From positions 5,730,001-5,762,000 of the forward strand of contig NZ_LN831039.1 in NCBI RefSeq assembly GCF_001457595.1: a stretch of DNA of 32,000 nucleotides. Reading direction: 5' to 3'. The first letter of the stretch is position 1, and every line of letters begins with the position of its first letter. The notes beneath the pieces are model-generated. The model did no database searches, had not been told where the DNA came from, and saw only the letters and a list, made by a program, of their open reading frames with translations. Source of the stretch: Mycolicibacterium smegmatis (GTDB lineage Bacteria > Actinomycetota > Actinomycetes > Mycobacteriales > Mycobacteriaceae). Position numbers and translations under genes: made by a program. Positions 17,681 through 25,584 of this stretch are shown here, in pieces.

Positions 17681-17764
17681 ATGACGTCATGTGACGGCCC
17701 GTATCCCAGTCCGATTCGAAAACGTTTGTTTGTGAACACCTCTCCGCTTTCGGTGACGTCCTAG
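17681..17764 (+). CDS. 27-codon ORF MTSCDGPYPSPIRKRLFVNTSPLSVTS (leader peptide or N-terminal stub of the lost mgtA)
   Basis: The ATG is preceded by a strong SD, AGGAGG (17668-17673), with a 7-nt spacer. The SD is complementary to an upstream anti-SD in the riboswitch expression platform. The ORF is too short for the ORF track. Confidence 0.35.
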   Translation: MTSCDGPYPSPIRKRLFVNTSPLSVTS

Positions 17765-17862
17765 GTCGACGCGGAGAGCTCCACAGTGAGATGGAGAATC
17801 CGATGCAGCACAACACCTTTCTTCGTCATGCCCGCAGCGCGGTCAAACGCCCCATCGCGTGG

Positions 17863-18104
17863 ATCCACACACGTGCGTCGCTGACCCCGCAGGAGCGGCA
17901 CAACCTGAGGATGAGCAACACCCCGGTGGCGGTCCTGACCGCGTCCCTGGGAGGCGGCTCGCACACGGCCCGTTAGTTTCACACCCGCGCCACCACCAAC
18001 CACCGACGTACTTCGGCTGGCTGGTCGCGACGCTGACCTGCTACTGCGTGGTCGTCCAGACCGTCAAGACCGTCTACATCCGCAGGTTCGGCCGGTGGTT
18101 CTGA
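17863..18104 (+). pseudogene. mgtA: 3' relic of an mgtA-type Mg2+-importing P-type ATPase
   Basis: The last 35 codons (18000-18104, PPTYFGWLVATLTCYCVVVQTVKTVYIRRFGRWF) align with the enterobacterial MgtA C-terminus (LPLSYFPWLIAILVGYMTLTQLVKGFYSRRYGWQ). Upstream, in another frame, IHTR...PVAVLTASL lies at the distance expected for the IRTR...TM9 region, which implies a frameshift near 17975. No P-type ATPase core (DKTGT, GDGxND) is present. Confidence 0.6.
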
Positions 18105-18114
18105 GCGTCTGACG

Positions 18115-18153
18115 TGCCACCGGCTGCGCCGGGGGGCGGCGCAGCCGGTGGCA
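18115..18153 (+). terminator. perfect 16-17 bp GC-rich hairpin after the mgtA relic
   Basis: TGCCACCGGCTGCGCC-ggggggc-GGCGCAGCCGGTGGCA begins 11 nt after the relic stop codon (TGA 18102-18104). It has no T-tract. Its 3' arm abuts the ATG at 18153. Confidence 0.5.
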
Positions 18154-18857
18154 TGCTGGGATCTGTGGAACCTCTGTGGCACTTCGCAGGGAACTTCTGG
18201 TGGTTGATCTTCCCGCTCGGAGGAATGATCGGCGGCGGTATCAGGGCTGTGGCCGCCGCCAATGAACGGCGCGCCGAACGACGCCTGGAGCGCTACCGCA
18301 TCAAGCAGCAGACCAAGGTCGAGATGGCGCGGGCGGCCGAGGCCGTGAGAGCCGCCGACGCCGGCTACGAACGTGAACTCACGAAGGTGCTGCAACGCCA
18401 CGACCACACCAACGCCCGCTGGCTCGACTACGAGATCGACGTCGCGAAGCTCCTGGACTTCCCGTTGATGACGGACATGCGCGATCCGCTGACCATCGCG
18501 TTCCACAAGGCTCGCGGCCGCGCCGATCTGCTGCGGCCCGACAACCCGGCCGACATCCTGGGTGACCGGCCCGCGCAACTCGAATACCGCGACGCCGTGC
18601 ACGAATACGTCACGGCGTTCGACATCGCCGAGACCGAGGCGATCCGCAGGCGCCGCAGCGACTTCTCGGCCGAGGCGCAGGAACGCCTGGCCCGTGCCCA
18701 ACAGCTGCTGCGCCTCGCGTCCGACGAGGGCGCCACACCGCAGGAACGCCAGAGCGCCTACACGCGGGCGCAGAGAGAACTCGACGGGCTCATCGTGCTG
18801 CCTGCGACCACCCGCGCGAGCATCGAACGCAAGATCCTCGGCGAACTCGAGGCCTGA
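18153..18857 (+). CDS. hypothetical membrane-anchored protein (one N-terminal TM, long charged helical C-terminal part)
   Basis: The ORF is open over 18114..18857. A TM-like segment (FWWLIFPLGGMIGGGIRAVAAA) is followed by Arg/Glu-rich helices, and codon usage is typical of the window. The start is uncertain (GTG 18114 inside the hairpin, ATG 18153 or GTG 18165). I recognise no family. Confidence 0.65.
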   Translation: MLGSVEPLWHFAGNFWWLIFPLGGMIGGGIRAVAAANERRAERRLERYRIKQQTKVEMARAAEAVRAADAGYERELTKVLQRHDHTNARWLDYEIDVAKLLDFPLMTDMRDPLTIAFHKARGRADLLRPDNPADILGDRPAQLEYRDAVHEYVTAFDIAETEAIRRRRSDFSAEAQERLARAQQLLRLASDEGATPQERQSAYTRAQRELDGLIVLPATTRASIERKILGELEA

Positions 18858-19250
18858 TCAGGCGGTGACCGAGCGGTTGCGCGTGCGGCAGTACAGGACC
18901 GTTCCGGCGATCGCGGCCTCGGTGAGCGCCAGCAGCACCGTGAACATCATCAGGTTCGACGGGCCGGACATGTGCGCACCGGTTCCGTGGTGGTGGGCAG
19001 GCATGGGTGTGTGCAGCGCGACCATCGCGAGGTTCATCAGCGCGACCGTGCACCACACCGCCGGCGTCCCACGCCGCCACAGGTCCCGTGCGCACCACAG
19101 GCACGCGACGATCATGACTGCCAGCAGACCGCCCGCGACCGCGTTGCCCGCGTGCGTGAGCATGAAGACATGCAGGACTGCCGAGGACGCCGCGAGCAGG
19201 GCACACGCCCGCCGTCCGAGGACGGCGGGCGCGTACACGACTGACATCAC
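18858..19250 (-). CDS. small integral membrane protein with His/Met-rich loop
   Basis: 130 aa with about 4 hydrophobic segments and a loop HTPMPAHHHGTGAHMSG. Its stop abuts the convergent gene's stop (TGATCA at 18855-18860). Confidence 0.6.
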   Translation of the reverse strand: MMSVVYAPAVLGRRACALLAASSAVLHVFMLTHAGNAVAGGLLAVMIVACLWCARDLWRRGTPAVWCTVALMNLAMVALHTPMPAHHHGTGAHMSGPSNLMMFTVLLALTEAAIAGTVLYCRTRNRSVTA

Positions 19251-19366
19251 TCAATCCTCGCAGCGTTGTGCCCAACCTGCAGTCGGAGCGACCGAATTTC
19301 ACTCACACCATGTAGATCGCCTGCGGACGCGAAATTCATCGCGGTGAGCGTTCAAGGCGTAGCAGC

Positions 19367-20980
19367 TTACGCTTCGAGCCCGAGAAGTGCGACGGTCTCC
19401 TCGCGCATCTGCACCTTGCGGATCTTGCCCGTGACCGTCATGGGGAACTCGTCGACGACGTGCACGTAGCGCGGGATCTTGTAGTGCGCGAGCTTGCCCG
19501 ACGCGAACTCGCGGACCTTGTCGGCGTCCAGCGGCGGACGGCCGGGTTTCATCCGGATCCACGCGCAGATCTCCTCGCCGTAGCGCTCGTCGGGTACGCC
19601 GATCACCTGAGCGTCGTCGATGTCGGGATGCGTGTACAGGAATTCCTCGATCTCGCGCGGGTAGATGTTCTCGCCGCCGCGGATCACCATGTCCTTGATG
19701 CGGCCGACGATGGTGCAGTACCCGTCCTCACGCATGACCGCGAGATCCCCGGTGTGCATCCAGCCGTCGGCGTCGACGGCCTCACGGGTCTTCTCGTCGT
19801 CGTTCCAGTATCCGAGCATCACCGAATACCCACGCGTGCAGAACTCGCCGGGTTGGCCGCGCTCGACGGTCTCTCCCGTGTCGGGATCGATGATCTTGAT
19901 CTCGACATGCGGGTGGGCGCGGCCGATGGTCGCGGTGCGCCGGTCCAGATCGTCGTCGATCAGGGTCTGGCACGACACCGGCGAGGTCTCGGTCATGCCG
20001 TAACAGATCGCGACCTCGGCCATGTGCATATCGGCCACAACACGTTTCATCACCTCGATCGGGCACACCGAGCCGGCCATGATGCCCGTGCGCAGCGACG
20101 ACAGGTCGAAGTTCGCGAAATCCGGATGCCCGAGCATCGCGATGAACATCGTCGGGACCCCGTACAGACCCGTGCACTTCTCGGATTCCACAGCCGACAA
20201 CGTGATCCCGGGATCGAACCCGGGTGCCGGGATCACGATCGTGGTGCCGTGCGACACCGCACCGAGTGTGCCCATCACCATGCCGAAGCAGTGGTAGAAC
20301 GGCGGCACGATGCACAACCGGTCGTCGGGCCCCAACGCGATGAGTTCGGTGACGAAGAACCCGTTGTTGAGGATGTTGCGGTGCGACAGCGTCGCTCCCT
20401 TGGGGAAACCCGTTGTGCCCGAGGTGTACTGGATGTTGATCGGATCGGTGTTGGCCAGCGTGGCCATCCGCTCGCGCAACGCCGCGTCGTCGACCTGGTT
20501 GGCGCGCAACCGATCCCAGTCGTCGTTGTCCAGGAAGACGACGTGCAGCAGGTCCGGGCACTCGGGCCGCACCTCGGCGATCATCGAAGCGTAGTCCGAG
20601 GTCTTGAACGACGATGCCGAGACCAGCGTGCGCACCCCCGACTGCCGCAGCACATAGGCGACCTCGTGCGTGCGGTACGCGGGGTTGATGTTGACCAGGA
20701 TGGCCCCGACCTTGGCGGCCGCGAACTGCGTCATGATCCACTCGGCGCAGTTCGGCGCCCAGATGCCGACGCGGTCGCCCTTGTCGACGCCGAGCGCCAT
20801 CAAACCCCGTGCGGTGGCGTCGATCTCGTCGTTGAGCTCGGCGTAGGTCCAGCGGCGGCCGGTGGCCACCTCGACCAGCGCCTCATGTTCCGGATAGGTG
20901 GCCGCGATGCGCTCGAAGTTGGCCCCGATGGTCTCTTCGAGGACCGGTGCACCGGTGGGTCCCGCGTCGTATGACTTCAT
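19367..20980 (-). CDS. AMP-dependent acyl-CoA synthetase (FadD35/ACSF2-like)
   Basis: 537 aa with the motifs [38 protein letters not shown] and a terminal MTVTGKIRK. Its ATG overlaps the upstream stop as ATGA (20977-20980). Confidence 0.9.
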   Translation of the reverse strand: MKSYDAGPTGAPVLEETIGANFERIAATYPEHEALVEVATGRRWTYAELNDEIDATARGLMALGVDKGDRVGIWAPNCAEWIMTQFAAAKVGAILVNINPAYRTHEVAYVLRQSGVRTLVSASSFKTSDYASMIAEVRPECPDLLHVVFLDNDDWDRLRANQVDDAALRERMATLANTDPINIQYTSGTTGFPKGATLSHRNILNNGFFVTELIALGPDDRLCIVPPFYHCFGMVMGTLGAVSHGTTIVIPAPGFDPGITLSAVESEKCTGLYGVPTMFIAMLGHPDFANFDLSSLRTGIMAGSVCPIEVMKRVVADMHMAEVAICYGMTETSPVSCQTLIDDDLDRRTATIGRAHPHVEIKIIDPDTGETVERGQPGEFCTRGYSVMLGYWNDDEKTREAVDADGWMHTGDLAVMREDGYCTIVGRIKDMVIRGGENIYPREIEEFLYTHPDIDDAQVIGVPDERYGEEICAWIRMKPGRPPLDADKVREFASGKLAHYKIPRYVHVVDEFPMTVTGKIRKVQMREETVALLGLEA

Positions 20981-22665
20981 CCCAGCAGATCCTCGTATCG
21001 GTATTCGGTAGGAATCTCCTTGCCCGTCTGATGTGCCTCGTCCTCGCGCTTGCGCAGTTCGACGCGACGGATCTTGCCGGAGATGGTCTTGGGCAGGTCG
21101 AAGAACTCGACGCGTCGCACCTTGAGGTACGGCGCCAGGTGATCACGCGCGTACTCCATGACCGCTTTCGCGGTGTCGGCGTTGGGTTCCCACCCTTCGG
21201 CCAGCGCGACGTACGCCTTGGGCACGGCGAGGCGGGTGTCGTCGGGCTGGGGCACCACGGCGGCTTCGACCACCGCAGGATGCTCGATCAGCACGCTCTC
21301 CAACTCGAACGGCGACACCTTGTAGTCGCTGGACTTGAACACGTCGTCGGTGCGGCCGATGTAGGTGATGTAGCCTTCGGCGTCGCGCGATGCGACGTCG
21401 CCGGTGTGGTAGTAGCCACCGGCCATGACAGCCGCGTTGCGTTCCGGATCGCCGAGGTAACCGGTCATCAGGTTGCGCGGACGCTTGCTCAGGTCCAGGC
21501 AGATCTCGCCCTCGTCGGCGGGCTCGCCGGTGATCGGGTCGACCAGCACCACCGGCACACCGGGCATGGGCCTGCCCATCGAGCCCGGCTTCACCGGCTG
21601 CCCTGGGGTGTTGCCGACCTGCAGGGTGGTCTCGGTCTGGCCGAACCCGTCGCGGATGGTCAGCCCCCAGGCCTTCTCGACCTGGGCGATCACATCGGGG
21701 TTGAGCGGCTCACCGGCGCCGAGGATCTCGCGCAGCCCCTCGGGCCTGGCGCCCAGGTCGGCCTGGATCAGCATGCGCCACACCGTGGGCGGTGCGCAGA
21801 ACGTGTTGACTTTGGCGCGGCGCAGCTGGTTCAGCAGCGCCGGGGCGTCGAAGCGGCGGTAGTTGTAGACGAAGATCGTCGCCTCGGCGATCCACGGCGC
21901 GAAAAAGCAGCTCCACGCGTGTTTGGCCCAGCCGGGCGAGCTGATCGCCAGGTGCACGTCGCCGGGCTTCACGCCGATCCACGCCATCGTCGACAGATGC
22001 CCGACGGGGTAGCTGACCTGCGAATGCTCGACCAGCTTGGGCTTGCTGGTGGTGCCGGAGGTGAAGTAGATGAGCATGGTGTCGTCGACCGTGGTGGCAC
22101 TGGCGAACCGCTGCGGCTGCACCTCGGACGCGTCGGAGTAGGCGTGCCAGCCCTCCACGGCCTCGCCCACCACGATCCGCCCGTAGTCACCTTCGACCGC
22201 CGCGAACTTGTCGGTGTCGGACGCGTTCGCGATCACGAACCGCGCGCCGCCGCGCGCGATGCGGTCCGCCAGATCGGCCGGGCCGAGCGCCCCGGTGGTC
22301 GGCATGATGACCGCGCCGAGCTTGGCGATGCCGAGCATCGCCTCCCACAACTCGACCTGGTTGCCGAGCATGAGGATCACCCGGTCGCCCTTGCCGACGC
22401 CGAGAGCCGCCAACCACGTCGCGACCCGGTCGGAGCGCTCCGCCATGTCGGCGAAACTCACCTGCGTCTCGGCGCCGTCCTCCTCCACGATCCACAGCGC
22501 GGGACGGTCGTTGCCCCTGGCGATCGCGTCGAACCAGTCGATCGCCCAGTTGAAAGTGCCGGTCAGCTCCGGAAACGCGAATGTCTCGACGGCCTTGTCA
22601 TAGTCGGCGATGGTCGCGACGAGCTGATCACGGGCACTACGGTAGAGATCGGCGTTACCACTCAT
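20977..22665 (-). CDS. AMP-dependent acyl-CoA synthetase (medium-chain/ACSM-like)
   Basis: 562 aa with the motifs [25 protein letters not shown] and a terminal [14 protein letters not shown]. It is the first gene of a two-ligase operon. Confidence 0.9.
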   Translation of the reverse strand: MSGNADLYRSARDQLVATIADYDKAVETFAFPELTGTFNWAIDWFDAIARGNDRPALWIVEEDGAETQVSFADMAERSDRVATWLAALGVGKGDRVILMLGNQVELWEAMLGIAKLGAVIMPTTGALGPADLADRIARGGARFVIANASDTDKFAAVEGDYGRIVVGEAVEGWHAYSDASEVQPQRFASATTVDDTMLIYFTSGTTSKPKLVEHSQVSYPVGHLSTMAWIGVKPGDVHLAISSPGWAKHAWSCFFAPWIAEATIFVYNYRRFDAPALLNQLRRAKVNTFCAPPTVWRMLIQADLGARPEGLREILGAGEPLNPDVIAQVEKAWGLTIRDGFGQTETTLQVGNTPGQPVKPGSMGRPMPGVPVVLVDPITGEPADEGEICLDLSKRPRNLMTGYLGDPERNAAVMAGGYYHTGDVASRDAEGYITYIGRTDDVFKSSDYKVSPFELESVLIEHPAVVEAAVVPQPDDTRLAVPKAYVALAEGWEPNADTAKAVMEYARDHLAPYLKVRRVEFFDLPKTISGKIRRVELRKREDEAHQTGKEIPTEYRYEDLLG

Positions 22666-22722
22666 GGCAGCTATGCTCTACGTCACAATTGTCGACCGCT
22701 ACCCCCGAAAGAGGGTGACCGC

Positions 22723-23565
22723 ATGCGCTCGCCGCTGCTGCGGCCACGTGACGCCGACGCCGTACGGGCCGCGCTTCGCCAGATGGCCACCATTACCGAG
22801 CTTCCGTTGACCTTCGGCGGTGAGGTGCACAGCGGAACGCTGCTGCTCACGGAGTTCTTCGGGACGAGAACGAGCGCGATGCGCGGGCTTGCGGTACGCC
22901 CGAGCGCGGGTCTCGGCGGTGCGACGGTGGTGGCGCGTCGGCCCATCTCGGTGCCCGACTACCGGCGCTCGTCGAACATCACCCACGACTACGACGGGCC
23001 GGTGCTCTCCGAGGGCATCCGCTCGATCCTCGCGGTGCCGGTGGTCGTCGAGGGCAAGGCACGCGCGGTGCTCTACGGCGCCTACCGCACCAGCGCGCCG
23101 ATCGGCGACCGCACCGCGGCCGCGATGGTGGACTCGGCGCGCCGGCTGAGCGAGGAACTGCGCATCCGCGACGAGGTGGACCGGCGGATGCGCATGCGCG
23201 AAGCGCAGCTAGCACAGTTCGGCGCCGACGTGGCCAGTGCCGAGCAGATCCGCGAGGTGCACGCCGACCTGCGCAGGATGGCCGCGCGCGCGTCCAGACC
23301 GCTGGCCACACAGCTCGGCGAGCTGGCCGACCGGCTGGCCCGCGCACTGTCCGGTGACGCCCCGGCGGCCACACCGCTGACCGCGCGCGAGATCGACGTG
23401 CTCTCGCAGATCGCCTTGGGCTGCACCAATGCCGAGGCAGCCCAACGCCTTTCGCTGAAGCCGGAAACCGTCAAGAGCTATCTGCGCAGTGCGTCGAGCA
23501 AACTCGGCGCCCACAGCAGGCACGAGGCGGTGTCCAAAGCCCGGCGGCTGCGTCAGATTCCCTGA
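22723..23565 (+). CDS. LuxR-family transcriptional regulator with GAF-like N-terminal sensor domain
   Basis: The C-terminal LuxR HTH is LTAREIDVLSQIALGCTNAEAAQRLSLKPETVKSYLRSASSKLG. The N-terminal region of about 150 aa is GAF-like. The ATG at 22723 is preceded by GAGGGTG. The rest of ORF 20947..23565 is antisense to the ligase gene. Confidence 0.8.
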   Translation: MRSPLLRPRDADAVRAALRQMATITELPLTFGGEVHSGTLLLTEFFGTRTSAMRGLAVRPSAGLGGATVVARRPISVPDYRRSSNITHDYDGPVLSEGIRSILAVPVVVEGKARAVLYGAYRTSAPIGDRTAAAMVDSARRLSEELRIRDEVDRRMRMREAQLAQFGADVASAEQIREVHADLRRMAARASRPLATQLGELADRLARALSGDAPAATPLTAREIDVLSQIALGCTNAEAAQRLSLKPETVKSYLRSASSKLGAHSRHEAVSKARRLRQIP

Positions 23566-23578
23566 CCGACCAAGCCCG

Positions 23579-24616
23579 CTAAGGCAGGAAATCCAGCAGC
23601 GCCCCGAGGAACTGGTCGCGGCCGCGTTCCGGACGATCCAGGTGCACGTAATGTGTGGCCTGCGGGAGCACGACCGTACGGACACCCGCGGCGTGCACCA
23701 GATGTCGACGCATGTCCTCGACGTCCTCGGGACGCGACCAGAAGTCGAGTTCGCTTCTGATGATCAACGTTTCGGCGGTGATCAACGAGGCGTCCCACAG
23801 TTGCCGCCCGGTGGCCAGGTAGTGGCTGTCCTCCATCGCCCCGTTGGGCGCCCGAAAGCTCGCCGGTGTGCGGCTCTCACTGGTCGGGTCGCTGGCGAGC
23901 GCTTCGCGCTGATAGGCCTCGGCCACCCGCGGATCCCGCCACAACGTCACATCCGACGCCGGAATCGACCGGTCCCACGAGGTCAGAAGCGACGGACCGT
24001 CGGACAGCCGGTACGGCCCGGATTCCGGATCGAACACGGCGAGGGTCGGATGGCCATCGGCGGCGCCGTACAGGCTGTTGTAGATCACGAGGTGGCTGAC
24101 CCGGTCGGGATGCGTCGCCGCATACATGCCGGCCCAGTGCCCGCCGGTCGCCCATCCCACCAGCGCCACGCGTTCGGCACCGGTCGTGGCCGCGACGTGC
24201 TCGACGACCGCGTGGATGTCTTCGACAACTTCGTTCGAGCGCACCAGCGGCCGTCCCGTCCCCGGATCGCCGTCCATCTCCGCCGGCCGCGACGACCCAC
24301 CGTAGCCGCGCGCATCCATGATGAAGGTGGGGTGACCGGCCCGAACGAGATCCTCGGCCAGCGAGTACCCGGGGACGGGCAGATCGAACGACGCGATCCC
24401 GGGGACCCGGGCGCCGTGCAGCAGAATCACCGGCACACGGTCGGCGGATTCCGTTCGCAGCGCCCGGACCGCGACCTCGACGCCGGGTGCACTGCCCACC
24501 CTCGTGTCGGTTCTGGACAGCTCGCCGGTCGACTCACCGGACCTCGTCTCACATGCGGTCGCAAACATCACCGCCAGGAAAGTCGCGGCCACGGCCAGTC
24601 GGTTGGCAGCTCTCAT
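23579..24616 (-). CDS. secreted/lipoprotein alpha/beta-fold hydrolase-like protein with non-canonical nucleophile elbow
   Basis: It has a signal peptide with a possible lipobox (FLAVMFATAC) and the alpha/beta-fold landmarks VILLHG, DARGYGGS, SELDFW and ATHYVHLD. The nucleophile elbow reads GWATGG (24140-24157), with Ala (GCG, 24149-24151) where Ser is expected. Confidence 0.8.
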   Translation of the reverse strand: MRAANRLAVAATFLAVMFATACETRSGESTGELSRTDTRVGSAPGVEVAVRALRTESADRVPVILLHGARVPGIASFDLPVPGYSLAEDLVRAGHPTFIMDARGYGGSSRPAEMDGDPGTGRPLVRSNEVVEDIHAVVEHVAATTGAERVALVGWATGGHWAGMYAATHPDRVSHLVIYNSLYGAADGHPTLAVFDPESGPYRLSDGPSLLTSWDRSIPASDVTLWRDPRVAEAYQREALASDPTSESRTPASFRAPNGAMEDSHYLATGRQLWDASLITAETLIIRSELDFWSRPEDVEDMRRHLVHAAGVRTVVLPQATHYVHLDRPERGRDQFLGALLDFLP

Positions 24617-24714
24617 GGCGTCCGACGGTAGAGCCGGCTGTCGATAAGCGCCAATAGTGTTATTGCATCCACTTATCGGATTGAGTTATCAATGAGGGTG
24701 TGTGGAGCCTCGAC

Positions 24715-25584
24715 ATGCGACACCTGCGCTGCTTCGTCGTCCTCGCCGAGGAACTGCACTTCGGGCGGGCGGCACAGCGCTTGCACGTGGCACAACCCGC
24801 GCTGTCCCAGTTGATCCAACGCGTCGAACGGGAGCTGGGCGCACAGCTGTTCCTGCGTACCCGGCGCACGGTCAGCCTCACCGAGGCCGGTCAGACCCTG
24901 CTGCCCGAGGCGCGGCGCATACTGCGTGACGCCGACCGGGTGACGCAAGCGGTGCGAGCCGTCCACCGGGGCGAAACCGGAAGTGTCACCATCGGTTTCG
25001 TGGGGTCCGCGGCCGACGACGTGCTGCCGCGGTTGGTCGCCGCGCACCGCAGACATCATCCGGGTGTCTCGATCCGGCTGGAGGAAGGAACGACCGCGCA
25101 ACAACTCGAATGGCTGCGCGATCAGCGCATCACCGTCGGCCTGGGCCGCACACCCATCGACGACCCTGCGGTGTCCACCGTTGTGCTCGCCCGCGAATCC
25201 CTGGTCCTGGCGGTGCCCGACAGCCACGCGCTGTCCGGCGCAGAGTCCGCCGAACTCGCCGGGCTGGCCGAAGAACCGTTCATCATGTTTCCCCGCCACC
25301 TCGGCCCCGGCCTCTACGACATCATTCACAGTGCTTGCGCCGCAGCGGGTTTCACCCCGTCCGTCGTCTACGAGACGGTGCGTATGCAGACCATCGTCGG
25401 ACTGGTCTCCGGCGGCCTCGGGGTGGCACTGGTACCGGAGTCGGTCCGCAACCTCGGCCGCAAAGGTGTTCGATACGTGCACCTCGCCGATGCCCCGCCC
25501 GCCATCGAACTGTCGATGATGTGGCGCAACGACTGCGAGTCACCGCATCTGCAGCCGCTCAGGAAGACTGCCCGCCATCTGTGA
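24715..25584 (+). CDS. LysR-family transcriptional regulator
   Basis: The N-terminal LysR HTH is MRHLRCFVVLAEELHFGRAAQRLHVAQPALSQLIQRVERELG, followed by a substrate-binding domain. It is divergent from the alpha/beta-hydrolase gene. An alternative GTG start is at 24700. Confidence 0.85.
   Translation: MRHLRCFVVLAEELHFGRAAQRLHVAQPALSQLIQRVERELGAQLFLRTRRTVSLTEAGQTLLPEARRILRDADRVTQAVRAVHRGETGSVTIGFVGSAADDVLPRLVAAHRRHHPGVSIRLEEGTTAQQLEWLRDQRITVGLGRTPIDDPAVSTVVLARESLVLAVPDSHALSGAESAELAGLAEEPFIMFPRHLGPGLYDIIHSACAAAGFTPSVVYETVRMQTIVGLVSGGLGVALVPESVRNLGRKGVRYVHLADAPPAIELSMMWRNDCESPHLQPLRKTARHL

Noticed and set aside
17409-17816. A 135-aa minus-strand ORF, plus small plus-strand ORFs at 17413-17625 and 17791-17976, in the riboswitch region.
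   Set aside because: The 135-aa ORF is antisense to the M-box aptamer and has no recognisable features, and 17413-17625 is the aptamer itself read as protein. ORF 17791-17976 is better explained as decayed mgtA sequence than as a functional gene, although I cannot exclude expression.
19251-19366. Reiterated GAATTTCA / GAAATTCA and CTCAC / GTGAG segments between the acyl-CoA ligase and the small membrane-protein gene, considered as a possible structured RNA or terminator.
   Set aside because: The complementary segments are in a non-nested order, and the stems are short (5-7 bp) and AT-rich. I could not build a convincing hairpin or recognise any known RNA family.
20947-22722. The upstream 592 codons of the 872-aa ORF 20947..23565, and likewise 30315-31487 of ORF 29358..31487, 27905-28069 of ORF 27059..28069, and 6681-6782 of ORF 5073..6782.
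   Set aside because: Only the C-terminal parts show real protein families (LuxR, LysR, nitrilase, beta-lactamase-like). The upstream parts are antisense to or overlap well-supported genes, so the starts were moved to internal ATGs that give canonical N-termini.
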